Shown here: in pieces, positions 19,189-30,110 of the stretch
Layout of the letters: each line of letters begins with the position of its first letter
How positions within the stretch are numbered: position 1 is the first letter of the stretch
Program-made: the position numbers and the translations under genes
NCBI GenBank assembly: GCA_963718615.1
Contig: OY970368.1
Span: forward strand, 5,984,001-6,048,000
DNA: 64,000 nt
Direction: 5' to 3'
Source: an uncultured cyanobacterium
GTDB lineage: Bacteria > Cyanobacteriota > Cyanobacteriia > PCC-9006 > JAAUQQ01
The notes under the pieces: model-generated
Told to the model about the DNA's origin: nothing
The model's input: only the letters and a program-made list of their open reading frames with translations
Database searches by the model: none

Positions 19189-21954
19189 TTAGAGACGGGC
19201 GAGGCGATCGCGCAAAATCCCCCCCTGGGCCTCCGCTTCCGCTAGGGCGGCCTTAGCTCCATCAATCACCTCCGCCGGAGCCTTGTTGACAAACCCCGGA
19301 TTGTTAAGCCGCCCGGACAGAGACTTGATCTCTTTTTCGACTTTCTCCAAGTTTTTGTTGAGCTTAGCTTTGAGTTCCTCGACATCGATTAGCCCAGCCA
19401 GGGGAATTGAAACCTGGACGGTGCCGGTCACCCCGGCGATGCTCTGTTGAGGAGAGTCAGCCTTGGCGTCGGCAATGGTGACGTCTTCTGCTTTGGCTAG
19501 ATTTTGGATATAGATTTTGCCCTCGGTGAGGATCTTGGCTTCGCGATCGCTCTCCGTCTGCAACAACACCGGCACCTTGGCCCCTGGTTTGATCCCCGCC
19601 TCAGCCCGCAGATTGCGCACGGTCCGAATCGTGTCGATTAGCAACTGAAAATCCACTTCCAAATCGCTATCAATCCAGTCTGCCTGAAGCTCTGGGTAGG
19701 GCTGAACCGCCAAGTAGCTCTCGGTTTCGCCGGTCTGTGTCAGCGTATGCCACAGCTCCTCGGTAATGTGGGGAATAAACGGATGTAGGAGTTTGTGGAT
19801 GCCTTCCAAAACATAGGCTAGAACCTGCTGGGCCTGGGTTTTCTCCGGGCTGTCGTCGCCAAACATCCGCACCTTGCTCAGCTCGATGTACCAATCGCAG
19901 AAGTCGTTCCAGGTAAATTCGTAGAGCGACTTGGCCGCTTCACCTAAACCGTATTTTTCAATTTGCTCGCTGGTCTCCTTCACCGTTTTGTGGAACCGCG
20001 ACAAAATCCACCGATCTGCCAATTCCAAATCCTGCACGCTTTGTACGGACGAACCGCTGTTTGTCCCTACGGGGGTCCCCAACTGGACCGGGGTTTGGCC
20101 GCCCAGATTCATCATCACGAATCGCGAGGCGTTCCAGAGTTTATTGGTAAAGTTGCGGCTGGCTTCGACAGTTTGGGATTCGTCGGTGGTGCGATCGTAG
20201 GCCAAGCGAATATCCTGCCCCGCCCCGGCCACCTCGCGGATCATGGCGTAGCGCGTCGCATCAGTACCGTATTTATCCACCAACACCAGGGGGTCAATGC
20301 CGTTGCCCTTGGACTTGGACATTTTCTTGCCGTTTTCGTCCAGAACCAGACCATGGATAAACACATCCTGGAAGGGCATTTGACCCGTGAAATGCTCCGC
20401 CATCATCGTCATTCGGGCCACCCAGAAAAAGATAATGTCAAAGCCGGTGACCAGGGTGCTGGTGGGATAGTACCGCGCCAAGTCCTCGGTTTCAGCGGGC
20501 CAGCCCAGGGTGGAGAAGGGCCACAGACCCGAGGAAAACCAGGTATCGAGCACGTCTGGATCCCGCTCTAGCTGAACATCCGCGCCAAATTTTGCCTGGG
20601 CTTTGGCGATCGCCTCCGCCTCATCCCGCGCCACCACAAAGGGGGTCCCGTCGGTAATTTCGCCACCGGTTTCGCTGACGGCGTACCAGGCCGGAATCTG
20701 ATGGCCCCACCAGAGCTGGCGAGAAATACACCAGTCCCGCAGGTTGGCCAGCCAGTTGCGATAGACCTTTTTCCAGCGCTCCGGCACAAAATAGGGATCG
20801 TCGTTTTCGTCCAGCTTTTTCAGGGCTTTTTCGGCCAAGGGCGTCATTTTGACAAACCACTGGGTGGAGAGTAGTGGTTCGACCGGGACTTTGCCGCGAT
20901 CGCTAAACGGCACGCTGTGGGTATACTCCTCAATCTTGACCAAGTTCCCCGCTTCCTCCAGCGCCTTAACCACTGCCTTGCGCGCCTCAAACCGATCCAG
21001 CCCCTCAAAGGCACCGGCATTTTCATTCATCGTGCCGTCCTTATTCATCACATTGATGAATTCCAAGCCGTGGCGCTTGCCCATATCAAAGTCATTGGGA
21101 TCGTGAGCCGGGGTTACCTTGACGCAGCCCGTGCCAAACGCCGGATCCACATGGTCATCGGCCACAATCGGGATCTCCCGACCGACCAAGGGCAAGGTCA
21201 GCGTCTTACCGACTAGAGCTTTGTAGCGATCGTCGCTGGGGTTCACCGCCACGCCGGAGTCGCCCAGCATGGTTTCAGGCCGCGTCGTCGCCACCTCTAA
21301 AGAGCCCGAGCCATCGCTCAGGGGATAGCGGAAATGCCACAGGTGCCCGTTCACCTCCTGATTTTCCACTTCCACATCAGACACCGCCGACTGGGACGCC
21401 GGACACCAGTTGACCAAATAATTGCCGCGATAAATTAAGCCCTCATCGTAGAGCCGCGTAAACGCCTCCAGCACCGCCGCGCTCAGCCCCTCGTCCAGGG
21501 TGAAGCGCTCGCGGGTCCAATCTACCGAAACCCCTAGCCGCCGCTGCTGATGAACGATCTGCCCCCCCGACTCCTCCTTCCACTGCCAAGCCCGCTCTAG
21601 AAACTTTTCCCGACCAACGTCGTAGCGAGTTTTACCTTCGGCTTTCAGTTCCCGTTCTAAAATCGTTTGCACTGCGATACTGGCATGGTCCGTTCCCGGC
21701 AACCAGAGCGTGTTGTAACCCTTCATGCGGTGGTAGCGAATCAACACATCGATCAGCGACGCCTCGAAGGCATGGCCCATGTGCAAACTGCCCGTCACAT
21801 TCGGCGGGGGAATGACCACGCAGTAGGCCGGAGCCTCGGCCTTGGCATCTGCCTTAAACACCTGATGCTCCTCCCAGAGCCGTTGCCATTTCGACTCGGT
21901 ATCACAGGGGTCGTATTGGGGGGGAAGCGCAACGGAGGTACCAGTCATAGCCAA
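19189..21954 (-). CDS. valS: Valine--tRNA ligase
   Basis: [13 protein letters not shown] (HIGH), [18 protein letters not shown]-terminal coiled coil. Confidence 0.98.
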   Translation of the reverse strand: MAMTGTSVALPPQYDPCDTESKWQRLWEEHQVFKADAKAEAPAYCVVIPPPNVTGSLHMGHAFEASLIDVLIRYHRMKGYNTLWLPGTDHASIAVQTILERELKAEGKTRYDVGREKFLERAWQWKEESGGQIVHQQRRLGVSVDWTRERFTLDEGLSAAVLEAFTRLYDEGLIYRGNYLVNWCPASQSAVSDVEVENQEVNGHLWHFRYPLSDGSGSLEVATTRPETMLGDSGVAVNPSDDRYKALVGKTLTLPLVGREIPIVADDHVDPAFGTGCVKVTPAHDPNDFDMGKRHGLEFINVMNKDGTMNENAGAFEGLDRFEARKAVVKALEEAGNLVKIEEYTHSVPFSDRGKVPVEPLLSTQWFVKMTPLAEKALKKLDENDDPYFVPERWKKVYRNWLANLRDWCISRQLWWGHQIPAWYAVSETGGEITDGTPFVVARDEAEAIAKAQAKFGADVQLERDPDVLDTWFSSGLWPFSTLGWPAETEDLARYYPTSTLVTGFDIIFFWVARMTMMAEHFTGQMPFQDVFIHGLVLDENGKKMSKSKGNGIDPLVLVDKYGTDATRYAMIREVAGAGQDIRLAYDRTTDESQTVEASRNFTNKLWNASRFVMMNLGGQTPVQLGTPVGTNSGSSVQSVQDLELADRWILSRFHKTVKETSEQIEKYGLGEAAKSLYEFTWNDFCDWYIELSKVRMFGDDSPEKTQAQQVLAYVLEGIHKLLHPFIPHITEELWHTLTQTGETESYLAVQPYPELQADWIDSDLEVDFQLLIDTIRTVRNLRAEAGIKPGAKVPVLLQTESDREAKILTEGKIYIQNLAKAEDVTIADAKADSPQQSIAGVTGTVQVSIPLAGLIDVEELKAKLNKNLEKVEKEIKSLSGRLNNPGFVNKAPAEVIDGAKAALAEAEAQGGILRDRLARL

Positions 21955-22296
21955 GGATGGGGGGAAGAAACGCTAAACATAACAAAACAACAGCCTTGCC
22001 TGCTGCAAGACCGTCTATCGATTGTGCCATAGGTTTTTCCAGAACCGGGCGGACCGGACCGAAACTCCGGTGAACCTTAACCTCAGCCTTCGACTGTTGC
22101 TCAGATTGGCTCAGATCTTGCTCAGATTCAGAGAAAAATAAAAATTTTCAAGCCGCGACGTATAGCGAACTCTACGGGGAGGGAATAGTAGCTAGTAGCA
22201 CTCGCTCTCAATAAATATTCTGAGAGTCCGTCCTGATTTTCGAGCCGATTTCATGAATCTAGGAGAAACCCCCTATGGAATTTCTCTTGGAATATC

Positions 22297-22437
22297 ATGA
22301 ACAGCCGCGTATTTTTGCAGGACGCTTGCTTTGCGATCGCCCCTGCACTGGCCCCTCTGGCCTATCCGCTTTTGGCCCACCCGCTTCTGGCTCACCCGTT
22401 ACAGACCGCTTTGCATCGGGGCAGCGGACGGAAGTAA
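22297..22437 (+). CDS. patX: PatX/PatS-like RGSGR peptide (46 aa)
   Basis: MNSRVFLQDACFAIAPALAPLAYPLLAHPLLAHPLQTALHRGSGRK*; RGSGR at the C-terminus, directly upstream of hetR. Confidence 0.8.
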   Translation: MNSRVFLQDACFAIAPALAPLAYPLLAHPLLAHPLQTALHRGSGRK

Positions 22438-22638
22438 ACCTCCGAACCAAACTCTCCGGTTGGCGGTTGGCGTTAATTCGTAATCTTTCCTGAACATTCA
22501 AGGAGTAGAGAAAGCGTTTAGACTAAAAACGTCGATATCCTAGTCAACTCAGGGTTTCGTTGACTGTAAAGTAGACTTTAAAAATGAACGCCCCTAGCCT
22601 CTTACTTGTTTCTAGCTTCTCTAATCCCTATTTTTTAG

Positions 22639-23598
<960 letters not shown>

Positions 23599-23636
23599 GG
23601 CGAGTCTTTTCGTCTGTTTTGCCGCTCTGACCTGCC

Positions 23637-24098
23637 ATGATTCTCAACCAGCATCTGAGGTTCACCACGGAACCGGGCATCAGCATCCGCAATATTACGC
23701 CGGAGGTCAAACAAGCTTTGGCTGCGAGCGGATTGCGCAATGGTCAGGTATTGCTGTTTTCGCGGCATACGACGACGGCGTTGGCGATTAACGAAGACGA
23801 ACCGTTGCTGTTTGAGGATATTCAGGTTTATCTTCAGACCCTGGCTCCGCCAGAGGGCATTGGCTTTCCCAATAAACCTAGAGATTACCGCCATAATCGC
23901 TTGGACCTACGGCCCCATGTGCCTGCGGATGAGCCCATTAATGCCCACTCCCATCTGATGGCGATGACGCTGAGTACGAGCGAGGTAATTCCGGTGATTG
24001 AGGGAGAGTTGGGTTTGGGGCAGTATCAGTCGATTTTGTTGTTTGATTTGGATGGACCGCGCGATCGCACCCTTCTTCTTCAACTCGCAGGCCAATAG
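23637..24098 (+). CDS. YjbQ/UPF0047 secondary thiamine-phosphate synthase family protein
   Basis: HTTTALAINE, NAHSHL, LGQYQSILLFDLDGPR. Confidence 0.9.
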   Translation: MILNQHLRFTTEPGISIRNITPEVKQALAASGLRNGQVLLFSRHTTTALAINEDEPLLFEDIQVYLQTLAPPEGIGFPNKPRDYRHNRLDLRPHVPADEPINAHSHLMAMTLSTSEVIPVIEGELGLGQYQSILLFDLDGPRDRTLLLQLAGQ

Positions 24099-24172
24099 AC
24101 CTTGCAGGCCAATAGACCTTGCAGGCCAATCGACTGTGCAGACCAGCAGACTCTTTCCCTTCCCTTCCAGCC

Positions 24173-24745
24173 ATGACCGACGATCGCGCCGCTGCTAATT
24201 CCGTAAATCCTGATGATGCTGCGAATCCCGATGATGCTGTGACCCGAGCCTTTCAGATCGGTCAGCAAGCCTTTGAGCGGGGTCAGTATCGAACGGCGAT
24301 TTATGCTTTGGAGGGGGCGATCGCCCAAACTTCACCCCAAACGATTTTGGGCGGCGATATTCAAATGCTGCTGGTCAGTGCCTATGAGGGAGCGGGCGAT
24401 CGCACCTCAGCCCTCAATCTCTGCCGCACGCTCACAAAACACGTAGACCTCAGCACGCGTCAGCAGGCCAAACAACTGCTCTATATTCTCGAAGCACCTA
24501 AGCTCAATACTCGCCCTGATTGGTTTGTAGAAATTCCAGATTTGTCGAAAACGGACGAAAGCAAGGCCGCGTTTCACCGAGGCAGTGGCATTGCCCCCCG
24601 CAAGCCCTCGGAACCGCAACCTTGGATCCCAGAGCCTGTGGATCCCCAAACGGTTAACCTACGAGATGAACGGTTTATTTGGGTGGCCTTGGGGGCGATC
24701 GCGCTCGTTTTCATGGCGCTGGCTATTTGGGCTGGATGGGCCTAG
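24173..24745 (+). CDS. TPR-like membrane-anchored protein
   Basis: GQQAFERGQYRTAI helical repeat, ILEAPKL, C-terminal TM; ATG 24173 inferred. Confidence 0.7.
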   Translation: MTDDRAAANSVNPDDAANPDDAVTRAFQIGQQAFERGQYRTAIYALEGAIAQTSPQTILGGDIQMLLVSAYEGAGDRTSALNLCRTLTKHVDLSTRQQAKQLLYILEAPKLNTRPDWFVEIPDLSKTDESKAAFHRGSGIAPRKPSEPQPWIPEPVDPQTVNLRDERFIWVALGAIALVFMALAIWAGWA

Positions 24746-24984
24746 GCCCTGGGTCTGGAAATTTAGTCTGGAAATTTAGTCTGGAAATTTAGCCTAGAAC
24801 TAGAAATAGGGAGATTGAGCCTAACTGGGGGCGCATACTCCATTTCAGCGATTTTTGAAGCACAACCGGAAAATTTATCAACATCATAAAATTCTGGGAA
24901 AACTCTTAAAGGAAACTTCCATATCTTTGCCGACATAAAAATATAAATTGATACATGGCGCTATCCTGTTTTGAGTAGGATGAG

Positions 24985-27900
24985 TTGCCGCGTGTAATCA
25001 GAGCTGCCAGCGTAACTAAAACTTCTAGGAAAACTTTCATGTCTCATAAGCTTTATTCAATGGGTATTTCTTCTTCGATGATGGTTCCTCAGGCTCCAGC
25101 CTCAGAGAGATCTCTGGTCGTTTTTGATGCTCAGGTACAAGGCTACGAATACCTGGTGGCTGGCGTAGTCTCTGACACTGAGGTTGTTGTGCTGGACCCC
25201 CAGCGGGAGGGGGCCGCGCAGATTGCGGAGATTCTGGCGCAGCATCGGGATGTGACTCAGGTTCACTTGGTTTCCCATGGTGCTCCTGGGTGCCTCTATC
25301 TGGGGGCTGGGGAGCTGAGCCTGGGGAATTTGGCAACGCAGGCCGCAACAATCCAGACTTGGTTCGCAGGGTTTGCCCAGGTGCCCTCGCTGCTGATCTA
25401 TGGCTGTAATGTGGCGGCAGGCGATGCTGGAAGCGAATTTTTAGAAAAACTTCATGCACTGACCCAGGCCCCGATCGCTGCTTCCAAGACCCGAACCGGT
25501 AATGGGGATCTGGGGGGTGACTGGAATCTGGAAGTAACCCTGGGCAATCCTGTTGTGACGGCAGCCCTGCGGCCTGAGGTGCAAGCGGCCTATGCAGGGG
25601 TCCTGGCTCCTCTCAACGCGGATGACTATACGGCGCTCAAGGCATTGTATTTGTCTACGGGGGGAGCAGAGTGGACCAATAACGATGGTTGGAAAGATTG
25701 GGACTTTAACAACACAACGCCGCCGGATACGAGTGTTGTTGCGACTTGGTTTGGGGTGGGGTTAACGGGCGATCGCGTCACCAGCCTAGAATTAGGAACC
25801 TCGACTAACGAGAATAATCCTCGAGATACGTTTGAAGGGAATAATCTGGTTGGGGTACTACCTACTGAGCTAGGTTTACTCACAGCTGTCAGTAACTTAA
25901 AGTTGGCGAGAAACGGTCCGAGCGATGAAAATGATCAAACTTATCTCACTGGCCCAATTCCTGATTTGGGGAACCTCAATGGTTTGGTTACGCTTTGGCT
26001 ATTTGATAACCAGCTTACAGGCTCTATTCCGAGTTCTTTAGAAAACAGCGAGTTTTTGTTCTGGCTTGATCTCGCTAACAACGATTTAACAGGAACTATC
26101 CCGAGTTCTCTCGGCAATCTCGGCAATCTAGAGAACCTAAATTTATTTGGGAACGAGCTTGAAGGACCTATTCCGAGTTCTTTTGCAAATCTGTCAAAGC
26201 TAAAGGTACTAGATCTTAGCAACAATAATTTGACGGGAACAATCCCAACTGGCTTGGGAAGCATCTTGACTCTCGATACAATTATTCTGAATGATAATGC
26301 CCTCAGAGGACCAGTTCCAGCTGATTTAGCGACCAAAATTGCCTTTGGTACCTTTTTTGATATTGTCAGCAGTAATCTAGATAACCCTCTCTCCCTTGGA
26401 GAAGAAATTTCAGACAAAACAACGGCTATTGATCAAGTCATCAACTTTACGATAACGACCAGTGACCTCGATAAACTAGCCGCGTCTAATCCTGCAGCTC
26501 TTTCTGTAACCGCAACGTCGAGCGATCAATCCCTCATTCCTGACGGTTCTATTGTGCTTGGTAGCCCAGACTCATCTGGGAACCGGAGTGTTTCAATTAC
26601 TCCAGCATCGGGAGCGAGCGGCATTGCAACAATCACGTTGACGGTGGACGATGGAGAAGGAGGAGAATTTGCCCAGTCTCAAACCTTTGAGGTTGTGGTC
26701 GGTAATGTAAATACAGCGCCAAGCATTACAACGAATGCCCTGACCGTCACTGAAGGGCAAAAAGTCACACTTACTGCAAGTGACTTGCAAGCAACTGACC
26801 CTACCGATCTAGACCCTCAAGACCTAAAATTTACGGTTTCTAACGTAACAGGGGGTAAGTTCGTTCTCAAGCAGCAATTTATTTCTGATGAAAATAATCC
26901 TGCAATTACAGAATTTACTCAGAAGGATGTCAATGACGGGAAAGTTGAATTTGTCACTGATGGTGGCGAAAATGCTCCCACCTACAATGTTATCGTCACG
27001 GATTCGGAACAGCAATCGACGGCTCCTGCTGCTGCGACCGTTACCTTCAACAGCGTTAATGATGCACCCACATTGACCCTTGCAAATCTCATTGGAGATA
27101 TTCCCCTCAATGCCGATCGCTCTGATGGCCTGAGAGTAGCCGACATTGTGATTACCGATCCAGATGCGGCGACCAGTATCAATACCCTGAAACTCAGTGG
27201 CACCGATGCGGATCTTTTTGAAATTGGAGAAGGCGACGAAGGTCGGAAGGAACTACGGCTGAAAGCAACAGCAAATATTGAGGCTTTACAAAGCTATGAT
27301 GTTACGGTTGAAGTAGATGACACAACGATTGGCAACGACTCTGAAGATAGCCAAGCCTTTACCCTCAATGTTGACGAGGCTCTAAATCTTCCAACCGTTG
27401 AGCTCACAAACGTTCGTAAGGCAATAAGGGAAACTATAGATACAAACAATCCCGTCAAGGTTGCCGACATTGTCATTACAGATACAGATGGTGGAACCAA
27501 TACCCTAAGCCTGACAGGAGCTGATGCCGATTTATTCGAAATCTTTGATACATCGGCTGGCGAGACCGGTGGGGAGATTGTGCGGTTGAAGGCAGGGGTA
27601 TCTCTCGATCGCCTCCAAAACCCGATTCTAGATGTTACTGTTCAAATTGATGATCCGTCCATTGGTCTTACGCCAGATAGCAGTGATAGTCTATCTGTCA
27701 AAGTTGTGGCTACTGACAATGACTTCAACGGCAATGGTTTCAGCGATATCGTTTGGCGTGACAAAGTGACTGGCCAAAATGCAATTAGCTTGATCAATCT
27801 TGATGTCAGCGGAATAGCTCCTAGCGTTGATGTTGTGACTAGCTTTGTCAATCCCTTTATCAACGATCCCAACTGGGAAATTCAAGCCGTTGGCAACTTT

Positions 27901-28539
27901 AACGGTGATGGCAGTGGCGATTTGGTCTGGCGCAATAAGGCGACTGGCCAAAACCTACTGTGGTTGATGAAAGATGCTGTACCCGGACAAGCACCGCAGG
28001 TTGCTCAGGCTGTCACACTGCAATCTGTGACGGACCGCAATTGGAGCATTGCTGGAGCGGGTGACTTTAACGGCGATGGTCAGTCGGATCTGCTCTGGTA
28101 CAATCCTAGCGAAACATCAGGGGAACAATTGGTTGCTTGGTATATGGATGGGACAACCAAGACCGGTACAGGCAGTATTACAGAGGCAACCACTGACCTC
28201 GCATTGGAAGCCGTGGGAGACCTCAATAATGATGGCAATGCTGATCTGCTCTGGAGTAAGACTGACGGCAGCTTAGAAGTCTGGTTTATGGATAGCATCA
28301 ATCGAGCTTCCGTGAGCGCAATTCAAGGATCGGAAGCGACAAAACCCAGTGGCTCATCTGTTGCAGGGATTGTGAGTGTTAACGATGCCGTCAAATTGGC
28401 TAGCATTACAGCAGGAATTACGTTCCGTTTGGCCGACGGCACGAACGAAATCTGGGCACTCAATGGCACCACCAAAACCGCTGAAATCCCGTTAGCGGTT
28501 GCTCAATTTGCAGCAACCACTTGGCAGGCTACGATTTAG
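24985..28539 (+). CDS. Large surface protein: DUF4347 + LRR + cadherin/Ig-like + FG-GAP/VCBS repeats
   Basis: HLVSHGAPG/LLIYGCNVAAG/GGDWNLE (DUF4347); LxxNxLxGxIP LRRs; VNTAP/VNDAP; DFNGDGxxDLxW repeats; the true start may be 25039 or 25060. Confidence 0.85.
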   Translation: MPRVIRAASVTKTSRKTFMSHKLYSMGISSSMMVPQAPASERSLVVFDAQVQGYEYLVAGVVSDTEVVVLDPQREGAAQIAEILAQHRDVTQVHLVSHGAPGCLYLGAGELSLGNLATQAATIQTWFAGFAQVPSLLIYGCNVAAGDAGSEFLEKLHALTQAPIAASKTRTGNGDLGGDWNLEVTLGNPVVTAALRPEVQAAYAGVLAPLNADDYTALKALYLSTGGAEWTNNDGWKDWDFNNTTPPDTSVVATWFGVGLTGDRVTSLELGTSTNENNPRDTFEGNNLVGVLPTELGLLTAVSNLKLARNGPSDENDQTYLTGPIPDLGNLNGLVTLWLFDNQLTGSIPSSLENSEFLFWLDLANNDLTGTIPSSLGNLGNLENLNLFGNELEGPIPSSFANLSKLKVLDLSNNNLTGTIPTGLGSILTLDTIILNDNALRGPVPADLATKIAFGTFFDIVSSNLDNPLSLGEEISDKTTAIDQVINFTITTSDLDKLAASNPAALSVTATSSDQSLIPDGSIVLGSPDSSGNRSVSITPASGASGIATITLTVDDGEGGEFAQSQTFEVVVGNVNTAPSITTNALTVTEGQKVTLTASDLQATDPTDLDPQDLKFTVSNVTGGKFVLKQQFISDENNPAITEFTQKDVNDGKVEFVTDGGENAPTYNVIVTDSEQQSTAPAAATVTFNSVNDAPTLTLANLIGDIPLNADRSDGLRVADIVITDPDAATSINTLKLSGTDADLFEIGEGDEGRKELRLKATANIEALQSYDVTVEVDDTTIGNDSEDSQAFTLNVDEALNLPTVELTNVRKAIRETIDTNNPVKVADIVITDTDGGTNTLSLTGADADLFEIFDTSAGETGGEIVRLKAGVSLDRLQNPILDVTVQIDDPSIGLTPDSSDSLSVKVVATDNDFNGNGFSDIVWRDKVTGQNAISLINLDVSGIAPSVDVVTSFVNPFINDPNWEIQAVGNFNGDGSGDLVWRNKATGQNLLWLMKDAVPGQAPQVAQAVTLQSVTDRNWSIAGAGDFNGDGQSDLLWYNPSETSGEQLVAWYMDGTTKTGTGSITEATTDLALEAVGDLNNDGNADLLWSKTDGSLEVWFMDSINRASVSAIQGSEATKPSGSSVAGIVSVNDAVKLASITAGITFRLADGTNEIWALNGTTKTAEIPLAVAQFAATTWQATI

Positions 28540-28579
28540 GTGGGTCTAGGTTATGGCGGGGACGAACGGCAGTTTGTCC

Positions 28580-30013
28580 CTACAAGTTGTTTTGATGGAA
28601 TTGGTCGATCGCCTGGAAAAGGTTCTGAAGGTGCAACTCCGTGGTGAAGGGGTTGAGCAAGACAGCTTTTAACCAGCGATCGCCCCCATACTGGGGCAGC
28701 GATAAAAACGTCTGCCCCTTTTCCAATAAATAGGCCTGGAGCTTTTCGTTCCAATCATTCCAGCGGTTCGGTGCCATCTGCTCGAGTTCAGCTCGGAAGC
28801 AAATAATATTCAAATCCGGTTGGGTTGCAAGGCGCAGGAAAGGGCGATCGCCCACCGCCTGCACAAACTGCTCCGTCAGCTTCAAATTATGCGCAATAAT
28901 TTCTGCACAGCCTGCTTCGCCCAAATGCTGTAGCGACAACCAAAGTTTCAAAATATCCACATGGCGTGTGCCTTGAATGCTGCTTTCGCCGAGATTGTGC
29001 CACGGCCCCCAGTTACCCATGTAGGGTGCGGCGATCTGGAAATTCTGTCGCCAAGCTTCCGCATTGCGGAACAGCACCATGGCACAGACCTTTGTCACAT
29101 ACAACCATTTTTGTGGATTAAACGTGATCGAATCGGCCTGTTCAATGCCCTCAAGGCGATGGCGATGTTCGGGGGAGAAGGCGATCGCCCCGCCATAGGA
29201 GGCATCCACATGGAACCAAAGGCCAAATTCCTGAGCAATGTCCCCCAGCTTGAGGAGCGGATCCATACTGCCGGTTACCGTCGTTCCCGCTGTTGCCACA
29301 ATACAAAAGGGAGCCTGCCCCGCTTCGATCGCCAACTGAATGAGCTGCCGTAAACTCGCGGGGTCCATGCGGGACTGGGCATCGGTGGGGACGCTAATGA
29401 CACTGTGACTGCCTAGGCCGAGAACCATGGCTGCTTTCTGGATTGATGTGTGAGCAACTTCTGAGGCGAGTAGAACCGGTTGTTGTTCGAGACCGACTAA
29501 TCCTTTTTCGAGGACGGGGAAATGGGTGTTACGGGCGACGGCGATCGCCTGCAAATTCCCCAGGCTTCCGCCGCTAACCAAGCTGCCCCCTGCCGATTCG
29601 CCGAAGCCAAACTTCGCTGCAATTTGCTGAAGAACTAGGGGCTCTAAACGCGAAAAGATCGGTGACATTTCGACGCTGAGCATGTTGTTGTTTAACGCCC
29701 CAGCGACCCAATCCCCGATGATGGACATGACGCTAGGAATCGAGTCCATATGACCGATGTAACCGGGATGGGCAGCGTTCATCGATTGCTGAAGGATGGC
29801 ACGAAGCTGTGTGAGCAACTCAGTCTCTGAATAGCCGGTTTTGGGAATTTCGGGGTTGGGGAGTTGATGGAGAGCCGGGAGGGGCGATCGCCCAGACGCT
29901 TGACCCATTGCATCCAGGAGAAGCGCCAGCACTTGGCCCATGAGTTGCTCGACGGCCTCGCGGTTCTCACCCGCCGGGTGAATGAAAGCGGTAGGGGGAA
30001 GATGGCTAGGCAT
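28580..30013 (-). CDS. Group II PLP-dependent decarboxylase
   Basis: HPGYIGHM, SGGSLGNL, HTSIQKA, TAGTT, HVDASYGG, DSITFNPQKW; start MPSHLP inferred. Confidence 0.9.
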   Translation of the reverse strand: MPSHLPPTAFIHPAGENREAVEQLMGQVLALLLDAMGQASGRSPLPALHQLPNPEIPKTGYSETELLTQLRAILQQSMNAAHPGYIGHMDSIPSVMSIIGDWVAGALNNNMLSVEMSPIFSRLEPLVLQQIAAKFGFGESAGGSLVSGGSLGNLQAIAVARNTHFPVLEKGLVGLEQQPVLLASEVAHTSIQKAAMVLGLGSHSVISVPTDAQSRMDPASLRQLIQLAIEAGQAPFCIVATAGTTVTGSMDPLLKLGDIAQEFGLWFHVDASYGGAIAFSPEHRHRLEGIEQADSITFNPQKWLYVTKVCAMVLFRNAEAWRQNFQIAAPYMGNWGPWHNLGESSIQGTRHVDILKLWLSLQHLGEAGCAEIIAHNLKLTEQFVQAVGDRPFLRLATQPDLNIICFRAELEQMAPNRWNDWNEKLQAYLLEKGQTFLSLPQYGGDRWLKAVLLNPFTTELHLQNLFQAIDQFHQNNL

Positions 30014-30110
30014 GGGAGACCTCACGGGCAGAATCATGGTTGATCCTAGTGGATTGCGGGCCTTCTGTGTGAGTGGGGGGATGGGGTGGGGGTCAGGGAA
30101 ACGGGAGGGG

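Noticed and set aside
24572-24595. HRGSG in the TPR-like protein two genes downstream of hetR as another PatS-like motif
   Set aside because: It reads RGSGI, lacks the final Arg and lies inside a conserved unrelated protein.
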